DNA of 43,701 nt from positions 1-43,701 of the forward strand of contig QPGO01000355.1 of NCBI GenBank assembly GCA_008632985.1, read 5' to 3'. This DNA is from Psammoneis japonica. Taxonomy: Eukaryota. Shown piece by piece: positions 1 to 13,118 of the stretch. The notes under the pieces were generated by a model. That model was not told the DNA's origin, ran no database searches, and saw only the letters and a program-made list of their open reading frames with translations. Every line of letters begins with the position of its first letter. The first letter of the stretch is position 1. Both the position numbers and the translations under genes were made by a program.

Positions 1-278
1 CACAGACACATCTTTTGAATGTTTCACACATCTCGCAAACAGCTTGCAAGCACCTCACACACACATTGCACACATCTCACAAGTGCCAGCACACACCTTG
101 TGCACATTTTGCAAACACCTCTTGCACACCTTGCACACATCTTTCAAACTTTTTTGTGCGCATCTTGTGCACATCTCACAAAACCCTCAAATGTGCCACT
201 TCACACACATCTTGCACACATCTCAAAAACATCTCACACACATCATGAGCACATCTTGTGCGCACCTTGCAAACACCT

Positions 279-860
279 CCAAAACAGATTGCGATGTGTT
301 CCAGCTGCACATGAACCAAATCGTGCATAAAAACAACATTTGCATGATTTTTGCGCGATCCCCAACTTGCGATCGATCTTTCACCACCAAAAGCATGGAT
401 TTGAGCAAGTGCAAATGTTTTGCAACACTGACAACACTCTTGTGAGTGCTGCAATGTCATTGTCACTGTGCTGTCTGTGTTTTTCATTGTTGTCACTGTG
501 CTGTCTGTGTTTTTCATTGTGCCAAAAGATTGGCAACACAACGGATGATTTTCCGCAAAAATGTTGCCATCGCTTGGATGTCACCTGAGTGTGTCTTTCT
601 TCGATGCCACTTGGCAGGTTTTCCACCTGCAAAGAAATCTCAGCAAAAACACACTGATGTGCAATCAGCGTTGAGTCTGCTGAGGAAGTTTGTGATGCAC
701 ACCCCACAACAAACTGCTCAACTGTTCACACTCTGGACACCCACAGAAGCCAATCCGCTTGAGCGTTTTGTGTGAAAATGCTCCATGCACTTAAAGACAC
801 ACAATTTACGTTCAAAGTCGATTGTCGTTTTGTGCATCATCTGGGACTGGAACACGTCTT
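279..860 (+). repeat. Module B copy 1 (decayed coding-like fragment; other copies at ~8138-8690 and ~17538-18090)
   Basis: Three near-identical copies starting CCAAAACAGATTGCGATG and ending CTGGRRCTGGARCACGTC. Copy 1 has an internal ~30-bp tandem duplication at ~461-520. Confidence 0.9.
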
Positions 861-1487
861 GCACACATTTTGCACACATTTGGCAAACATCTCACAAACA
901 CCTCATGCACAGGCACCACACACATCTTGCAAACACCTCTCACACACATTGTGCACACATCACAAATGCCTTGCACACATTTTGCAAACACCTTGCACAC
1001 ATCATTTCAAACTTTTTGCACCCACAAGTCAACATTGTCACAAAGCTTGCACACACATCTTGCAAACACATGACACACATTTCACACAAATCTGGCAAAC
1101 ATCTCACAAACACCTCATGTGCACACTGCACACCACATGCACACATCCTGCGCACCTCACATGTGTGCCCTGCAAATTGCTTGCACACACATCTTGCAAA
1201 CACACCACACAAGTCAGCCACACAGCTCCCACACATCTCCAGTGCCTCAGACATGCACAAGGTGTTTGTGAGATGTCGTGTCTGGTGTGTCGGAGCATGA
1301 GTGAGGTGAATTTGTCAAAGCAAGAGCACCTGCAAAACAGTTGTGGCACAAACTTTGTTGGCACGTTTTGCAGTTGTTGTGCTTGTGCTCAACTTTCCAG
1401 GAGCTTTCTCATGCAAAGTGCATCCAACCCCACATTTGCAGCCACATTCTCCAGTGTGAACCCCGGCGCTCATCAGCATCTCAACAA

Positions 1488-1952
1488 NNNNNNNNNNNNN
1501 NNNNNNNNNNNNNNNNNNNNNNNNNNNNNNNNNNNNNNNNNNNNNNNNNNNNNNNNNNNNNNNNNNNNNNNNNNNNNNNNNNNNNNNNNNNNNNNNNNNN
1601 NNNNNNNNNNNNNNNNNNNNNNNNNNNNNNNNNNNNNNNNNNNNNNNNNNNNNNNNNNNNNNNNNNNNNNNNNNNNNNNNNNNNNNNNNNNNNNNNNNNN
1701 NNNNNNNNNNNNNNNNNNNNNNNNNNNNNNNNNNNNNNNNNNNNNNNNNNNNNNNNNNNNNNNNNNNNNNNNNNNNNNNNNNNNNNNNNNNNNNNNNNNN
1801 NNNNNNNNNNNNNNNNNNNNNNNNNNNNNNNNNNNNNNNNNNNNNNNNNNNNNNNNNNNNNNNNNNNNNNNNNNNNNNNNNNNNNNNNNNNNNNNNNNNN
1901 NNNNNNNNNNNNNNNNNNNNNNNNNNNNNNNNNNNNNNNNNNNNNNNNNNNN
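1488..1952. other. Assembly gap (465 N)
   Basis: Run of N characters. Confidence 1.
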
Positions 1953-2299
1953 TGCACACATCTTTCAAACATTTTGCACATCTCACAAACATCTGTCAAA
2001 CACCTTGCACACACATTGTGCACATCTCACAAATGTCCTGCACACACCTTGCACACATTGTGCAAACATGTCACATGCATTTTGTGCGCGCATCTTTCAA
2101 TTGTCCCTCACAAACCTTTTGAAAAATTCATGCACATCTGCAAACACCTCACACACACCACTTCACACACATCTTGCACACATCTCACAAATGTCTTGCA
2201 CACATCTGGCGTGCATGTTGCGCACATCTTGCTGCTGACCACACATCTCATGCACACCTGGCAAACATCTCACAAGCAAATTGTGCACATGCTGTGCAC

Positions 2300-2536
2300 A
2301 TGGACCCAACAGCAGGCCATCAAGTCTCAAGCTTTTCATTTCCAGGTGGAAGCCCTGGGGTGCAACAAAACAGTTGGCAAACTTGGTTTCTGCCACTTCA
2401 AATTGCTCACAACAACAGCGAGATCGCCATCACATGCACCCGCAACAGACACGTGTTTCATTGTGGCTCTCCCCTCCAATTGCAATTTCAGAATCATCTT
2501 TTCCATCAGCAAGGATCAGATCTTGAACAAAAACTG
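2300..2536. repeat. Module H (copy at ~9675-9912; shorter variants at ~7060-7240, ~16005-16185, ~27900-28080)
   Basis: Shared GCAACAAAACAGTTGGCAAAC...CAATTTCAGAATCATCTTT...AACAAAAAC sequence, usually directly upstream of module C. Confidence 0.85.
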
Positions 2537-3146
2537 AGTGCAACAGGAGCAGCTCATTTTGAGAGACTTTGACAATGCCAGCTGAAGCAGCGGGTCTTTG
2601 ACTCCAATGTCAATGTCCATCAACATTCTTTTCTTGTTGTCCTCTTCCGCTGTTGGTGCTTGGTTGCCTCCACCCAATGGGGCACCCCTTCTTTAGAAGC
2701 TGAATGTGCACCTTGATGATGCCAATCATCAAATTCTGCACTCCAACTTGCTCCACGGCTTGCAATGTTCTCTGCCTCTTCCCAAGACACAAGTTGTCCA
2801 TTGCTCTCCAATTTGATTGCGTGTTCCAGCAAACAGAGCAATTCTTGGATGACACGGTCTGCCACTTTTGCTGATGGCGTTGCAGCTTCTTTTGCACCAG
2901 AAAAGTCTGGTTTCAGAATCTCCTGAGACCAGTTCTTGCTGCTCTGAATGAGTGGGCTGTCTTTGTCACAGATCTTGTGTTTCTTTGACTTGTCAATCAA
3001 AGTCTCCACAATGACGCAGAGAACAGACTGTTTGCATCCCATGTTTTCACTGCAACTCTTGTGCCCAAGGTTGTCAAAATGTGCAGTCAAGTGGCAGCAC
3101 TTTTTGAAAAGCATCTGAGATCAATTCCATCTTTGCCGAGTTGTTG
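2537..3146 (-). pseudogene. Module C copy 1: decayed minus-strand coding fragment, unidentified (copies at ~7240-7850, ~16185-17245 with TRIM insertion, ~19354-19964, ~28082-28690)
   Basis: Five copies in two subtypes. The minus frame stays open for 164-197 aa (ETLIDKSKKHKICDKDSPLIQSSKNWSQEILKPDFSGAKE...WSAEFDDWHHQG) with protein-like composition and no Tyr. Family not recognised. Confidence 0.55.
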
Positions 3147-3819
3147 CACTCATCATTGACACATCTTTTGAATGTTTCGCACAGCTCGCAAACAACTCAC
3201 ACACACATTGCACACATCTCACAAGTGCCAATGCACACACCTTGTGCACATTTTGCAAACACCCCTTGCACACCTTGCACACATCTTTCAAACTTTTTTG
3301 TGTGCATCTTGCACACATCTCACAAACCCCTCAGTTGTGACACTTCACACACATCTTGCACACATCTCAAAAACATCTCACACACATCATGAGCACATCT
3401 TGTGCACACCTTGTGAACACCTCAAGAACAGATTGCACACATTTTGCACACATTTGGCAAACATCTCACAAACACCTCCTCACGCACAGGCACTGCACAC
3501 ATCTTGCAAACACCTCTCACACACATTGTGCGCACATCACAAATGCCTTGCACACATTTTGCAAACACCTTGCACACATCATTTCAAACGTTTTGCACCC
3601 ACAAGTCAAACATTTTGCACAAAGCTTGCACACACATCTTGCAAACACATGGCGCACATTTCACACACATCTGGCAAACATCTCACAAACACCTCGCACA
3701 AACACTGCCCACCACATGCACACATCCTGTGCACCTCGCATGTGTGCCCTGCAAATTGCTTTCACACACATCTTGCAAAGACACCACACAAGTCAGCCAC
3801 ACAGCTCTTGCACATCTCC

Positions 3820-4275
3820 AGTGCCCTCAGATGTGCACAAGGTGTTTGTGAGATGTGTGTCTGGTGTGTGTGGAGCATGAGTGAGGTGATTTGTCAAAGC
3901 AAGAGCCACCTGCAAAAGAGTTGTGGCACAAACTTTGTTGGCACGTTTTGCAGTCATTGTGCTTGTGCTCAGCTTTTCCAGGAGCTTCCTCATGCAAAGT
4001 GCATCCAACACCACATTTGCAGCCACATTGTCCAGTGTGAACCCCGGCACTCATCAGCATCTCAACAACATTTGATGGCATGACACTCTTGCACCACAAG
4101 AGTCTTTTGAGGGCCAAAGAGTGTGCACAAAGCTGGGCAAACGGGGACAGGATGAGATGGATCTCTGCTGAACAACTTTTGCAGATGGAAACAGCAAGCC
4201 CTTTTCATGATCAAACCTTCTGAGTCAGCAAAATCTTTGTTGGGGTTTTCCAAACTCCTGCTGTGCTTGAAACAT
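3820..4275. repeat. Module G (copies at ~1240-1487, ~11120-11440 plus 13119-13226, ~18470-18925, ~20568-21022, ~22731-23502 plus 25180-25307, ~29377-29829)
   Basis: Recurrent GTGCCTCAGACATGCACAAGGTGTTTGTGAGATG...CTCCTGCTGTGCTTGAAACAT block. Two copies are split by module E. Confidence 0.9.
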
Positions 4276-4700
4276 CTTGCACACACCTCGCACACATGTT
4301 GCGCACATCTTTCAAATGTTTTGTGCACATCTTGCACACATCTTGCAAATCTGACACACACAATTTGCACACATCTTAAACACACACACCTCACACAATG
4401 TTGGCCAACATCTCATGTGCACATCTCACAAACACCCCACACACATCTTGTGCACATGTTTCAAATGTTTGCGCGCATCTTGCGCACACATTGCAAACAA
4501 CTCACAAACACTTTGCACACATCTCACACACATTCTGTGCACATCTTTTGAACACATCTTTCAAACATTTTGCACATCTCACAAACATCTGTCAAACACC
4601 TTGCACACACATTTGCACATCCCAAAAATGTCCAGCACACACCTTGTGCACATTGTGCAAACACATCATGTGCACTTTGTGCGCGCATCTTTCAATTGCC

Positions 4701-6745
4701 TTTGCTGAAACACACATCATGTTTCAGCAAAATTTGCTGAAACATGCGCTTTGCTGAAACAGGTTTGAGCAAAATCTGCTGAAACATGAGTCCTGTTTGA
4801 GCAATTTTGCTGCAATGATTGTGGCGGCATTTTGTTCATGCTTGTCTGGGTGGTTGGCCAGTCAGAGTGTCCGCTGGTGACAAGATCAGTTGCCGTGCAG
4901 ACAACGTGCAGATGCAATGAAGGACAGCCGATCCAATCCATTTGAGCATGGATTTGGAACGAGCTCAACGAGCCAGTTCCAGATCCGATTGCCAATGGTT
5001 TGGAGCTCCTGTCCATTGCACTTTTGGTTTCATGCACTGTCCCATGACAAAGCACACCACGTGCCACATCGTGCAGCCAAGCTGCACTGACACCATGGGG
5101 AAATGAGCAAGGTGTCATGATTGCTGCTGTTGCTTTGACAGGGAAGCAAAAAATGTTCCAAACAAGGCACCAACAATTGTTTGCAGCATCCAACAACAGC
5201 GCTTGCTGCAAAAATTAGCTCTTCTTCTCTCTTTAAAAAAAAATCATTCCATTGTTCCTTTTCCATGTCCCGCATGGTGCGTTGTCGACGTTGAAAATCA
5301 GAGTGTCATTTTCTGCATCTGTCATGGGAAACTGGCAGAAACAAAATGACGCTGTCCATGCACGTGTGTTCCTCAGATGCTGACAATTCCTTGGATGCTG
5401 ACAACTGCATCTGCAGCGGAAATCAACCCAGTGATTGCAGACTTGCTGGTGTCAGCGCAGTGGTCGTGAGAGCCCTGCAGAAAAAAGTCAGCAAACACAC
5501 TGCTTGTTGGCATGTCTGAGTGCAGCACAACAGCCAACGGTGCTGAGAAATCAAGTGCAACCATCAAAACAAGCACTGCTTTACAGTGGTGTGACTGCAC
5601 TCTCATCTTGATTGACGTTGTGGCCACTGATCTACAAATGATCAAGCCCCATGGTGGGAGATGTGGTGTTTTCCATTGTTCTGAGCATTGCATGAGATGC
5701 AACTTCAAAATGCCATGTCATGTGCCATGATGTCGCGTGGCTTCATGTGCAATGCATGGGGTGAACCTCAAGCAACCAGGAGGTGGTGGCTGCCCAATGC
5801 ACCCCAAGTGACCCGGATGTTGGGATTCTTGATTTGCCAAAATCACATCCATCATTGCACGCCCTCACCTGACAAACCTTGAAAGCTGCTGCTGCAATGT
5901 CGACAACCACGTGGCACTCTCAACAAGCATGACAATCATCTCAAATGTGCAACCCAATTGCATGATCAAATTGCACACATTCAAATTGGTGCGCTGGTGC
6001 ATTCTTGCCTTTCTTGCATCTAAAACGGGTGCTGTGAGATGACACAAGCAACAAAACTTTTCATCACGGTGATTGGTGATCGGTGCACACATCTTGTGCT
6101 GGAGTCATGCAGAATCCTGCAGGCAAAGCAGTTGACAGCCGTCATTTTTCTGAAAAGTCTTGGTGGACGTGCGCTGTGTTGTTCGATGCCTGCTTCACCT
6201 CCACAGCCACAGAAGCAGCCCATGTCAATTGGCTTGAAATGACACAGCATCTGAACGAAAGATTCCGGCAGAATGAGGTGTGAAAGACCCCAAAAAGAGG
6301 AAAAACACTTTGCCACAGCAATTCTCTGTTGTGACAAGGCAACGTTGACCATGCAGTGATTAAAGCGCATCATCGCCACACAGCATTGATGCAGCAGACT
6401 GGTTGAAATGTGGGCTGCTTGAACATTTTGCTTTTGCAGCAACTTGTTTGCTTCAAGCCTTGCCAAAGCACTGGCAAGTTTGTGCTTCAATGCGCCATGT
6501 GGTTGTGAGTGGAGTCAGTGCCAGCAACATGGGTGGCATTTTTTTTGTTCAGAAACTGAGTCACTCATCAACACACAATTTTGCCTGTTGCATGTTTCAG
6601 CAAAATTTGCTGAAACATGGCATGTTTCAGCATTTGCTGAAACATGACAGGTTCAGCAGAATCTGCTGAAACATTTGGCAGGTTTCAGAAATTGCTGAAA
6701 CGTGCATTTTTGGTGATGCACGACTCAGCTTTTGATGAAACATGC
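4701..6745. mobile_element. Module D copy 1: ~2-kb putative DNA element with palindromic subterminal repeat clusters
   Basis: Both ends carry arrays of TTTCAGCA/TGCTGAAAC motifs, including the 29-bp palindrome CATGTTTCAGCAAA-A-TTTGCTGAAACATG at 4718-4746 and 6591-6619. The interior is decayed and coding-like. No TSD or transposase motif recognised. Confidence 0.55.
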
Positions 6746-9700
6746 AGCAAATGCAAGACTGAAATGCAGTTTTTTAGTCATGAATGTCAACAACACTTGC
6801 AGCCGGGGTTTGCTCATTTCCGTTGAAATTGTGTGATGTCGCACATTTCAGCAGATTGCCCAGATGGCACTGCAAACACCCCACACATGTCAGGCACGCA
6901 ACTCCTGCACATCTCAAACAAACCTCACACACACCACACAACTGCCCCACACAGGCCTGGCACACTTGCTGTGCACACCTTGCACATGTGTTGCTCACAT
7001 CTTTTGCACATGCCACGCACATCTTTCAAACATTTCATGCATGTGTCGCGCACATTTCAAGCCCTGAGGTGCAACAAAACAGTTGGCAAACTGCCGCTTC
7101 AAATTGCTCACAAAAACAGCGGGACTGCCATCACATGTGTTCATGATGGACACGTGTTTCATTGTTGGCTCTCCCCTCCAACTTGCAATTTCAGAATCAT
7201 CTTTTCTGTCAGCAAGGATCAGCTCTGAAACAAAAACAGAGTGCAACAGAAGTGACTCATTGCATGAGACGTTGACAAGTCTCGCTGAAGTGGTGGGTCT
7301 TTGACTCCAAGGTCAGCGTCAAGCAACACTCTTTTCTTGTTGCCCTCTTCTGCTGTTGGTGCTTGGCTGCCTCCACCCAATGGGGCGCCCCCTTCTTTAG
7401 AAGCTGAGTGTGCACCTTGATGATGCCAATCATCAAATTCTGCGCTCCAACTTGCTCCATGGCTTGCAATGGTCTCTGCCTCTTCACAAGACACAAATTG
7501 TCAATCACTCTCCAATTTGATTGTGTGTTCCAGCAAACGGGGCAATTCTTGGATGATGCGGTCTGCCTCTTTTGCTGAAGGCATCACAATTTCTTTTGCA
7601 CCAGAAAAGTCTGGTTTCAGAATCTCCTGAGAGGACCAGGTCTTGCTGCTCTGAATGAGTGGGCTGTCTTTGTCACAGATCTTGTGTTTCTTTGACTCAT
7701 CAATCAAAGTCTCCACAATGACAAGGAGAGCAGACTGTTTGCATCCAATTTTTCACTGCAACTCTTGTGCCCAAGGTTGTCAAAATGTGCAGTCAAGTGG
7801 CAGCACTTTGAAAAGCATCTGAAATCAATTCCATCTTTGACGAGTTGTTGCGCTCGTCACAGACACATCTTTTGAATGTTTCACACATCTCGCAAACAGC
7901 TTGCAAGCACCTCACACACACATTGCACACATCTCACAAGTGCCAATGCACACACCTTGTGCACATTTTGCAAACACCTCTTGCACACCTTGCACACATC
8001 TTTCAAACTTTTTTGTGCGCATCTTGCGCACATCTCACAAAACCCTCAAATGTGCCACTTCACACAGATCTTGCACACATCTCAAAAACATCTCACACAC
8101 ATCATGAGCACATCTTGTGCGCACCTTGCAAACACCTCCAAAACAGATTGCGATGTGCTCCAGCTGCACATGAACCAAATTGTGCACATGAACAACATTT
8201 GCGCAATTTTTGCGCGATCCCCAACTTGCGATCGATCTTTCACCACCAAAAGCATGGATTTGTGCAAATGCAAATGTTTTGCAACACTGACAACACTCAT
8301 GTGAGTGCTGCAATGTCATTGTCGCTGTGCTGTCTGTGTTTTTCATTGCGTTAAAAGATTGGCAACACAACGGATGATTTTCGGCAAAAATGTTGCCATC
8401 ACTTGGATGTCACCTGAGTGTGTCTTTCTTCGATGCCACTTGGCAGGTTTTCCACCTGCAAAGAAATCTCAGCAAAAACACGCTGACGTGCAATCAGCGT
8501 TGAGTCTGCTGAGGAAGTTTGTGATGCACACCCCACAAAAAACTGTTCAAATGTTCACACTCTGGACACCCACAGAAGCCAACCCGCTTGAGCGTTTTGT
8601 GTGAAAATGCTCCACGCACTTGAAGACACACAATTTACGTTCAAAGTCAATTGTCGTTTTGTGCATCATCTGGGACTGGAGCACGTCTTGCACACATTTT
8701 GCACACATTTGGCAAACATCTCACAAACACCTCACACACAGGCGCCACACACATCTTGCAAACACCTCTCACACACATTGTGCACACATCACAAATGCCT
8801 TGCACACATTTTGCAAACACCTTGCACACATCATTTCAAACTTTTTGCACCCACAAGTCAAACATTTTGCACAAAGCTTGCACACACATCTTGCAAACAC
8901 ATGACACACATTTCACACACATCTGGCAAACATCTCACAAACACCTCATGCGCACACTGCACACCACATGCACACATCCTGCACACCTCGCATGTGTGCC
9001 CTGCAAATTGCTTTCACACACATCTTGCAAAGACACCACGCAAATCAGCCACACAGCTCTTGCACTTGCACACACCTCACACACATGTTGCGCACATCTT
9101 TCAAATGTTTTGTGCACATCTTGCAAATCTGACACACACATTTTGCGTGCATCTCAAACACACACACCTCACACAATGTTGGCCAACATCTCACACACAT
9201 CTCACAAAAACCCCACACACATCTTGCGCACATGTTTCAAACATTTGCGCACATCTTGCGCACACACTGCAAACACCTCACAAACACTTTGCACACATCT
9301 CACACACATTCTGCACACATCTTGTGCACACATCTTTCAAACATTTTGCACATCTCACAAACATCTGTCAAACACCTTGCACACACATTGTGCACATCTC
9401 ACAAATGTCCTGCACACACCTTGCGCACATTGTGCAAACACATCACGTGCATTTTGTGTGCGCATCTTTCATTTGTCCCTCACAAAACTTTTGAACAATT
9501 CATGCACATCTGCAAACACCTCACACACACCACTTCACACACATCTTGCACACATCTCACAAATGTCTTGCACACATCTGGCGCGCATGTTGCGCACATC
9601 TTGCATGCTGACCACACATCTCATGCACACCTGGCAAACATCTCACAAGCAAATTGTGCACATGCTGTGCACATGGACCCAACAGCAGGCCATCAAGTTT

Positions 9701-10739
9701 CAAGCTTTTCATTTCCAGGTGGAAGCCCTGGGTGCAACAAAACAGTTGGCAAACTTGGTTTTCTGCCACTTCAAATTGCTCACAACAACAGTGAGATCGC
9801 CATCACATGCACCCGCAACAGACATGTGTTTCATTGTTGGCTCTCCCCTCCAATTTGCAATTTCAGAATCATCTTTTCCATCAGCAAGGGTCAGATCTTG
9901 AACAAAAACTGAGTGCAACACACACACCACTTCACACACATCTCACAAATGTCTTGCACACATCTGGCATGCATGTTGCACACATCTTGCACACTTGCCA
10001 CACATCTCACACACATCTGGCAAACATCTTACAAACAAATCATGCACATGCTGTGCACATCTCACAAACACCCCACACATGTGTTGAGCACATCTGGTGC
10101 ACCTTGCGTGCATCTTTCAATGTTTTGCACACACCTGTCTTGTGCGCCATGCACACATCTTGCAAACACCCCACACGTGTCAGGCGTGCAACTCCTGCAC
10201 ATCTCAAATGAGCATCACACACACCACACAAATGCCCCACACAGGTCTGGCACACATGTTGTGCACACCTTGCACATGTGTTGCTCACATCTTCAGCACA
10301 TGCCATGCACATCTTTCAAACATTTCGTGAACGTGCCGCGCACATTTTGCAAATGCCTCGCACACATCTCGCGTGCATCTCACACACATCATCCAAACAA
10401 TTTGTGCACATCTCTCGCACATTTCTCAAACATCTTGCACACACCTCACATGCACATTTTGCACACATCTCACAAACACCTCACACACAATGTGCTTGCA
10501 CATGGCTTGCATTCATTTTGCTGGTGTCGCACACACACCTTGCCAGCACCTCACTCACATCTTGCACACATCTCATCCACATCTTTCAAACATTTTGTGC
10601 GCACCTTGCAAACACCTCATCTTGCAAGTGACTTGCACACATCTCACAAACACATCATAAAAAGATCACACACACCACACACAAATCTCACAAAAAATTT
10701 GCAAACAACTTGCACACACGTGTCCCACAATTTTTTGGA

Positions 10740-11070
10740 AGATCGCACACACAAAACATGTGGTGGATGATGAAATGCAATTGCATCACACGTTGCACTG
10801 CAAGCTCTCACCTGGAGCTGGAAAGCATCCAGTGCAGGTCCCAAGACTGCCTCTGTCATGCTCCAGAAGCACTGCAGTTTGTCTGGCTCAGCACACCATG
10901 GCATGCTGCCAGCGCACAACATGCCCTGCTTGGCTGGACTTGTGTTGAAAGACAAACAAAATGCTGTGCCATGATGCTCTCAGCAGCTTCTTTTGTTGTT
11001 GAGAAAATCAATGATGATGAGAGCATGTTTCAAGCACAACAGGAGTTTTTGGGTCAACCCAACAAAGGCT
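10740..11070. repeat. Module I (copy at ~22350-22680)
   Basis: Two near-identical copies. The 3' end (11025-11067) is an inverted copy of the end of module G (13187-13226). Confidence 0.85.
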
Positions 11071-11440
11071 CTTGCAAACACACCACACAAGTCAGCCACA
11101 CACAGATCCTGCACATCTCCAGTGCCTCAGACATGCACGAGGTGTTTGTGAGGTGTGTGTCTGATGTGTGTGGAGCATGAGTGAGGTGATTTGGCAAAGC
11201 AAGAGCTGCCTGCAAAAGAGTTGTGGCACAAACTCTGTTGGCACATTTTGCAATCATTGTGCTTGTGCTCAGCTTTGCAGGAGCTTTCTCATGCAACGTG
11301 TGTCCAACCCCACATTCGCAGACACATTCTCCAGTGTGAACCCCGGCGCCCATCAGCATCTCAACAACATTTGATGGCATGGCACTTTTGCACCATGTGA
11401 GTGCCTTTTGAGGGCCAAAGAGTGTGCACAAAGCTGAGCA

Positions 11441-13118
11441 CATGGGAGGACGCCGACTGTGGGTTGCCCCATGTCTTGCACCTTGACCTCCTTCACTCAA
11501 CATTGGAGGTCATTCTGGGGTGGGCACAGAGCTGAGGTTGGGAGGAGAGATGGGTGCTTGACCTTCTCTGTTCCGTCAATGCCAAAAGTGCCCAGCTCCA
11601 CAGGAGCAGCTTCTCACACAGCTGCTTCACTTGTGCGCAAAGCCTTTTCTTCCTGGATCTTCTGCAATTTTGCGGCAGTTGCCCGCCAATGACACCTGCG
11701 TGTGTTTCTGTGTGCACTCCCGCGCTGATGTTGCCCTTCTCAGATGGCATTTTGCTGGGTCTCCCAAGACCATTCTGGCCATTTCAGCCAATGGCATGCC
11801 CTCATTTCAGCATGACAAGCAATGTTTCTAAGTGGAAAATGACCCTGACCCCTGGCATCGACTCCTTGTGGTTCGCATGCTCGTTGATTTTTTTGCAATT
11901 TTCTGCAGACTCAAGAAATTGCCCACACGGATCACAGCACAAATTCCACACCACGCGACAGCAACAACCACTGACGACTGCTGCGCCAATGCTCCAAACT
12001 GCTTGTGCCAATGCCCGTCAGTCCTCAACAACCTTCTTTGTCCCTGTCTGCCAATCAAGTGCTTTGCTGCATTTGGCGAAAGCACCTCTCCTCTGTTGTG
12101 GCACTGACAAGCATGAAAGTGAGTCTCCCTTTGGCACTGAGCGATGATTGTCCTTTTGCTGCGGATCACAGCACAAACTCCACACGTGACAGCAACAACC
12201 ACTGATGACTGCTGCATCAATGCTCCAAACTGCTTGCGCCAATGCCCGTCAGTCCTCAACAACCTTCTTTGTCCTTTTCTGCCAATCAAGTGCTTCACTG
12301 CATTTGGTGAAAGCACCTCTCCTCTGTTGCGGCACTGACAAGCATCAAAGTGAGTCTCCCTTCGGCACTGAGCGATGATTGTCCTTTTGCTGCATGCATC
12401 GGCATGTCTGCACAAGATCCGGCATGGTTTCTGCATGAGACAATTGTTTTTTCAGATGACTGACAAGGTCTGTCAACAAGGCTTGTTGTTTCACATCTGC
12501 AAGTCCTGTGCTGCCTTGCTTCTGTCTGCTGGCTAATCAAGCTCACTGCTCTGAGTGGCAATCTTGCTGTTTTTGCTGCAGTTCCTCAAGGTGTGCAAAC
12601 AATGAGAAGCCTCATGATGCCAGTTGGTGTCTGTCACTCAAGCAAATTCCAAGGTCCCTTTTGGTTTCTGGCATGGCTCCCATCAAATTTTTTCCCAAAA
12701 TCAACTGTCCTCTGTGGTCACAGTGGCGCTGATGTGTGCATCACCAGCAAGACTGCAGCAAACTCCATGTGTTTTGTTCTCTGTTTCAGCTGTTTCCGTT
12801 GGGCGTCTCCTCTGGGAGATGCCATTTCAGGCTGGTTGCGTGCACTTCTGCCGCATCTCCAAGTGGGGTGCGCTGGAAGTGTGGGTCAGCCGGTGCCGGC
12901 GTTGCTGGGAAAAGGTGCAATGGCACCCAAAACAGTTGATTTGGTTTTTTTTTCTGGATCTTCTGGCCTTTCTTCTGCAACTGTGGGTGTGTGTTGTTTT
13001 GTCCTCCACTTCTTTCACGTGCCAGCAACAGATCCCCAAACATGCTCAATGCATGGGAATGAATGCACCATCCTTCCAAAAGCTCTTTGCACATGACTCA
13101 CCACCCTGTGCACCCAAA
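11441..13118. repeat. Module E copy 1: 1.7-kb decayed coding-like segment interrupting module G
   Basis: Lies between GCTGAGCA and ACAGGATGAG, which are 7 nt apart in uninterrupted G copies (e.g. ~18782-18806). Second copy at 23503-25179. Confidence 0.85.
11929..12393. repeat. Tandem duplication, 2 units (234 + 231 bp), within module E
   Basis: Units start with GGATCACAGCACAAA at 11929 and 12163. Same structure at 23991-24455. Confidence 0.92.

Noticed and set aside
772..2537. ORFs of 488 and 398 aa
   Set aside because: They run through the 465-N gap and satellite sequence.
4701..6745. CRISPR array suggested by palindromic ~29-bp repeats
   Set aside because: No regular repeat-spacer periodicity, no cas genes, and a eukaryotic context.
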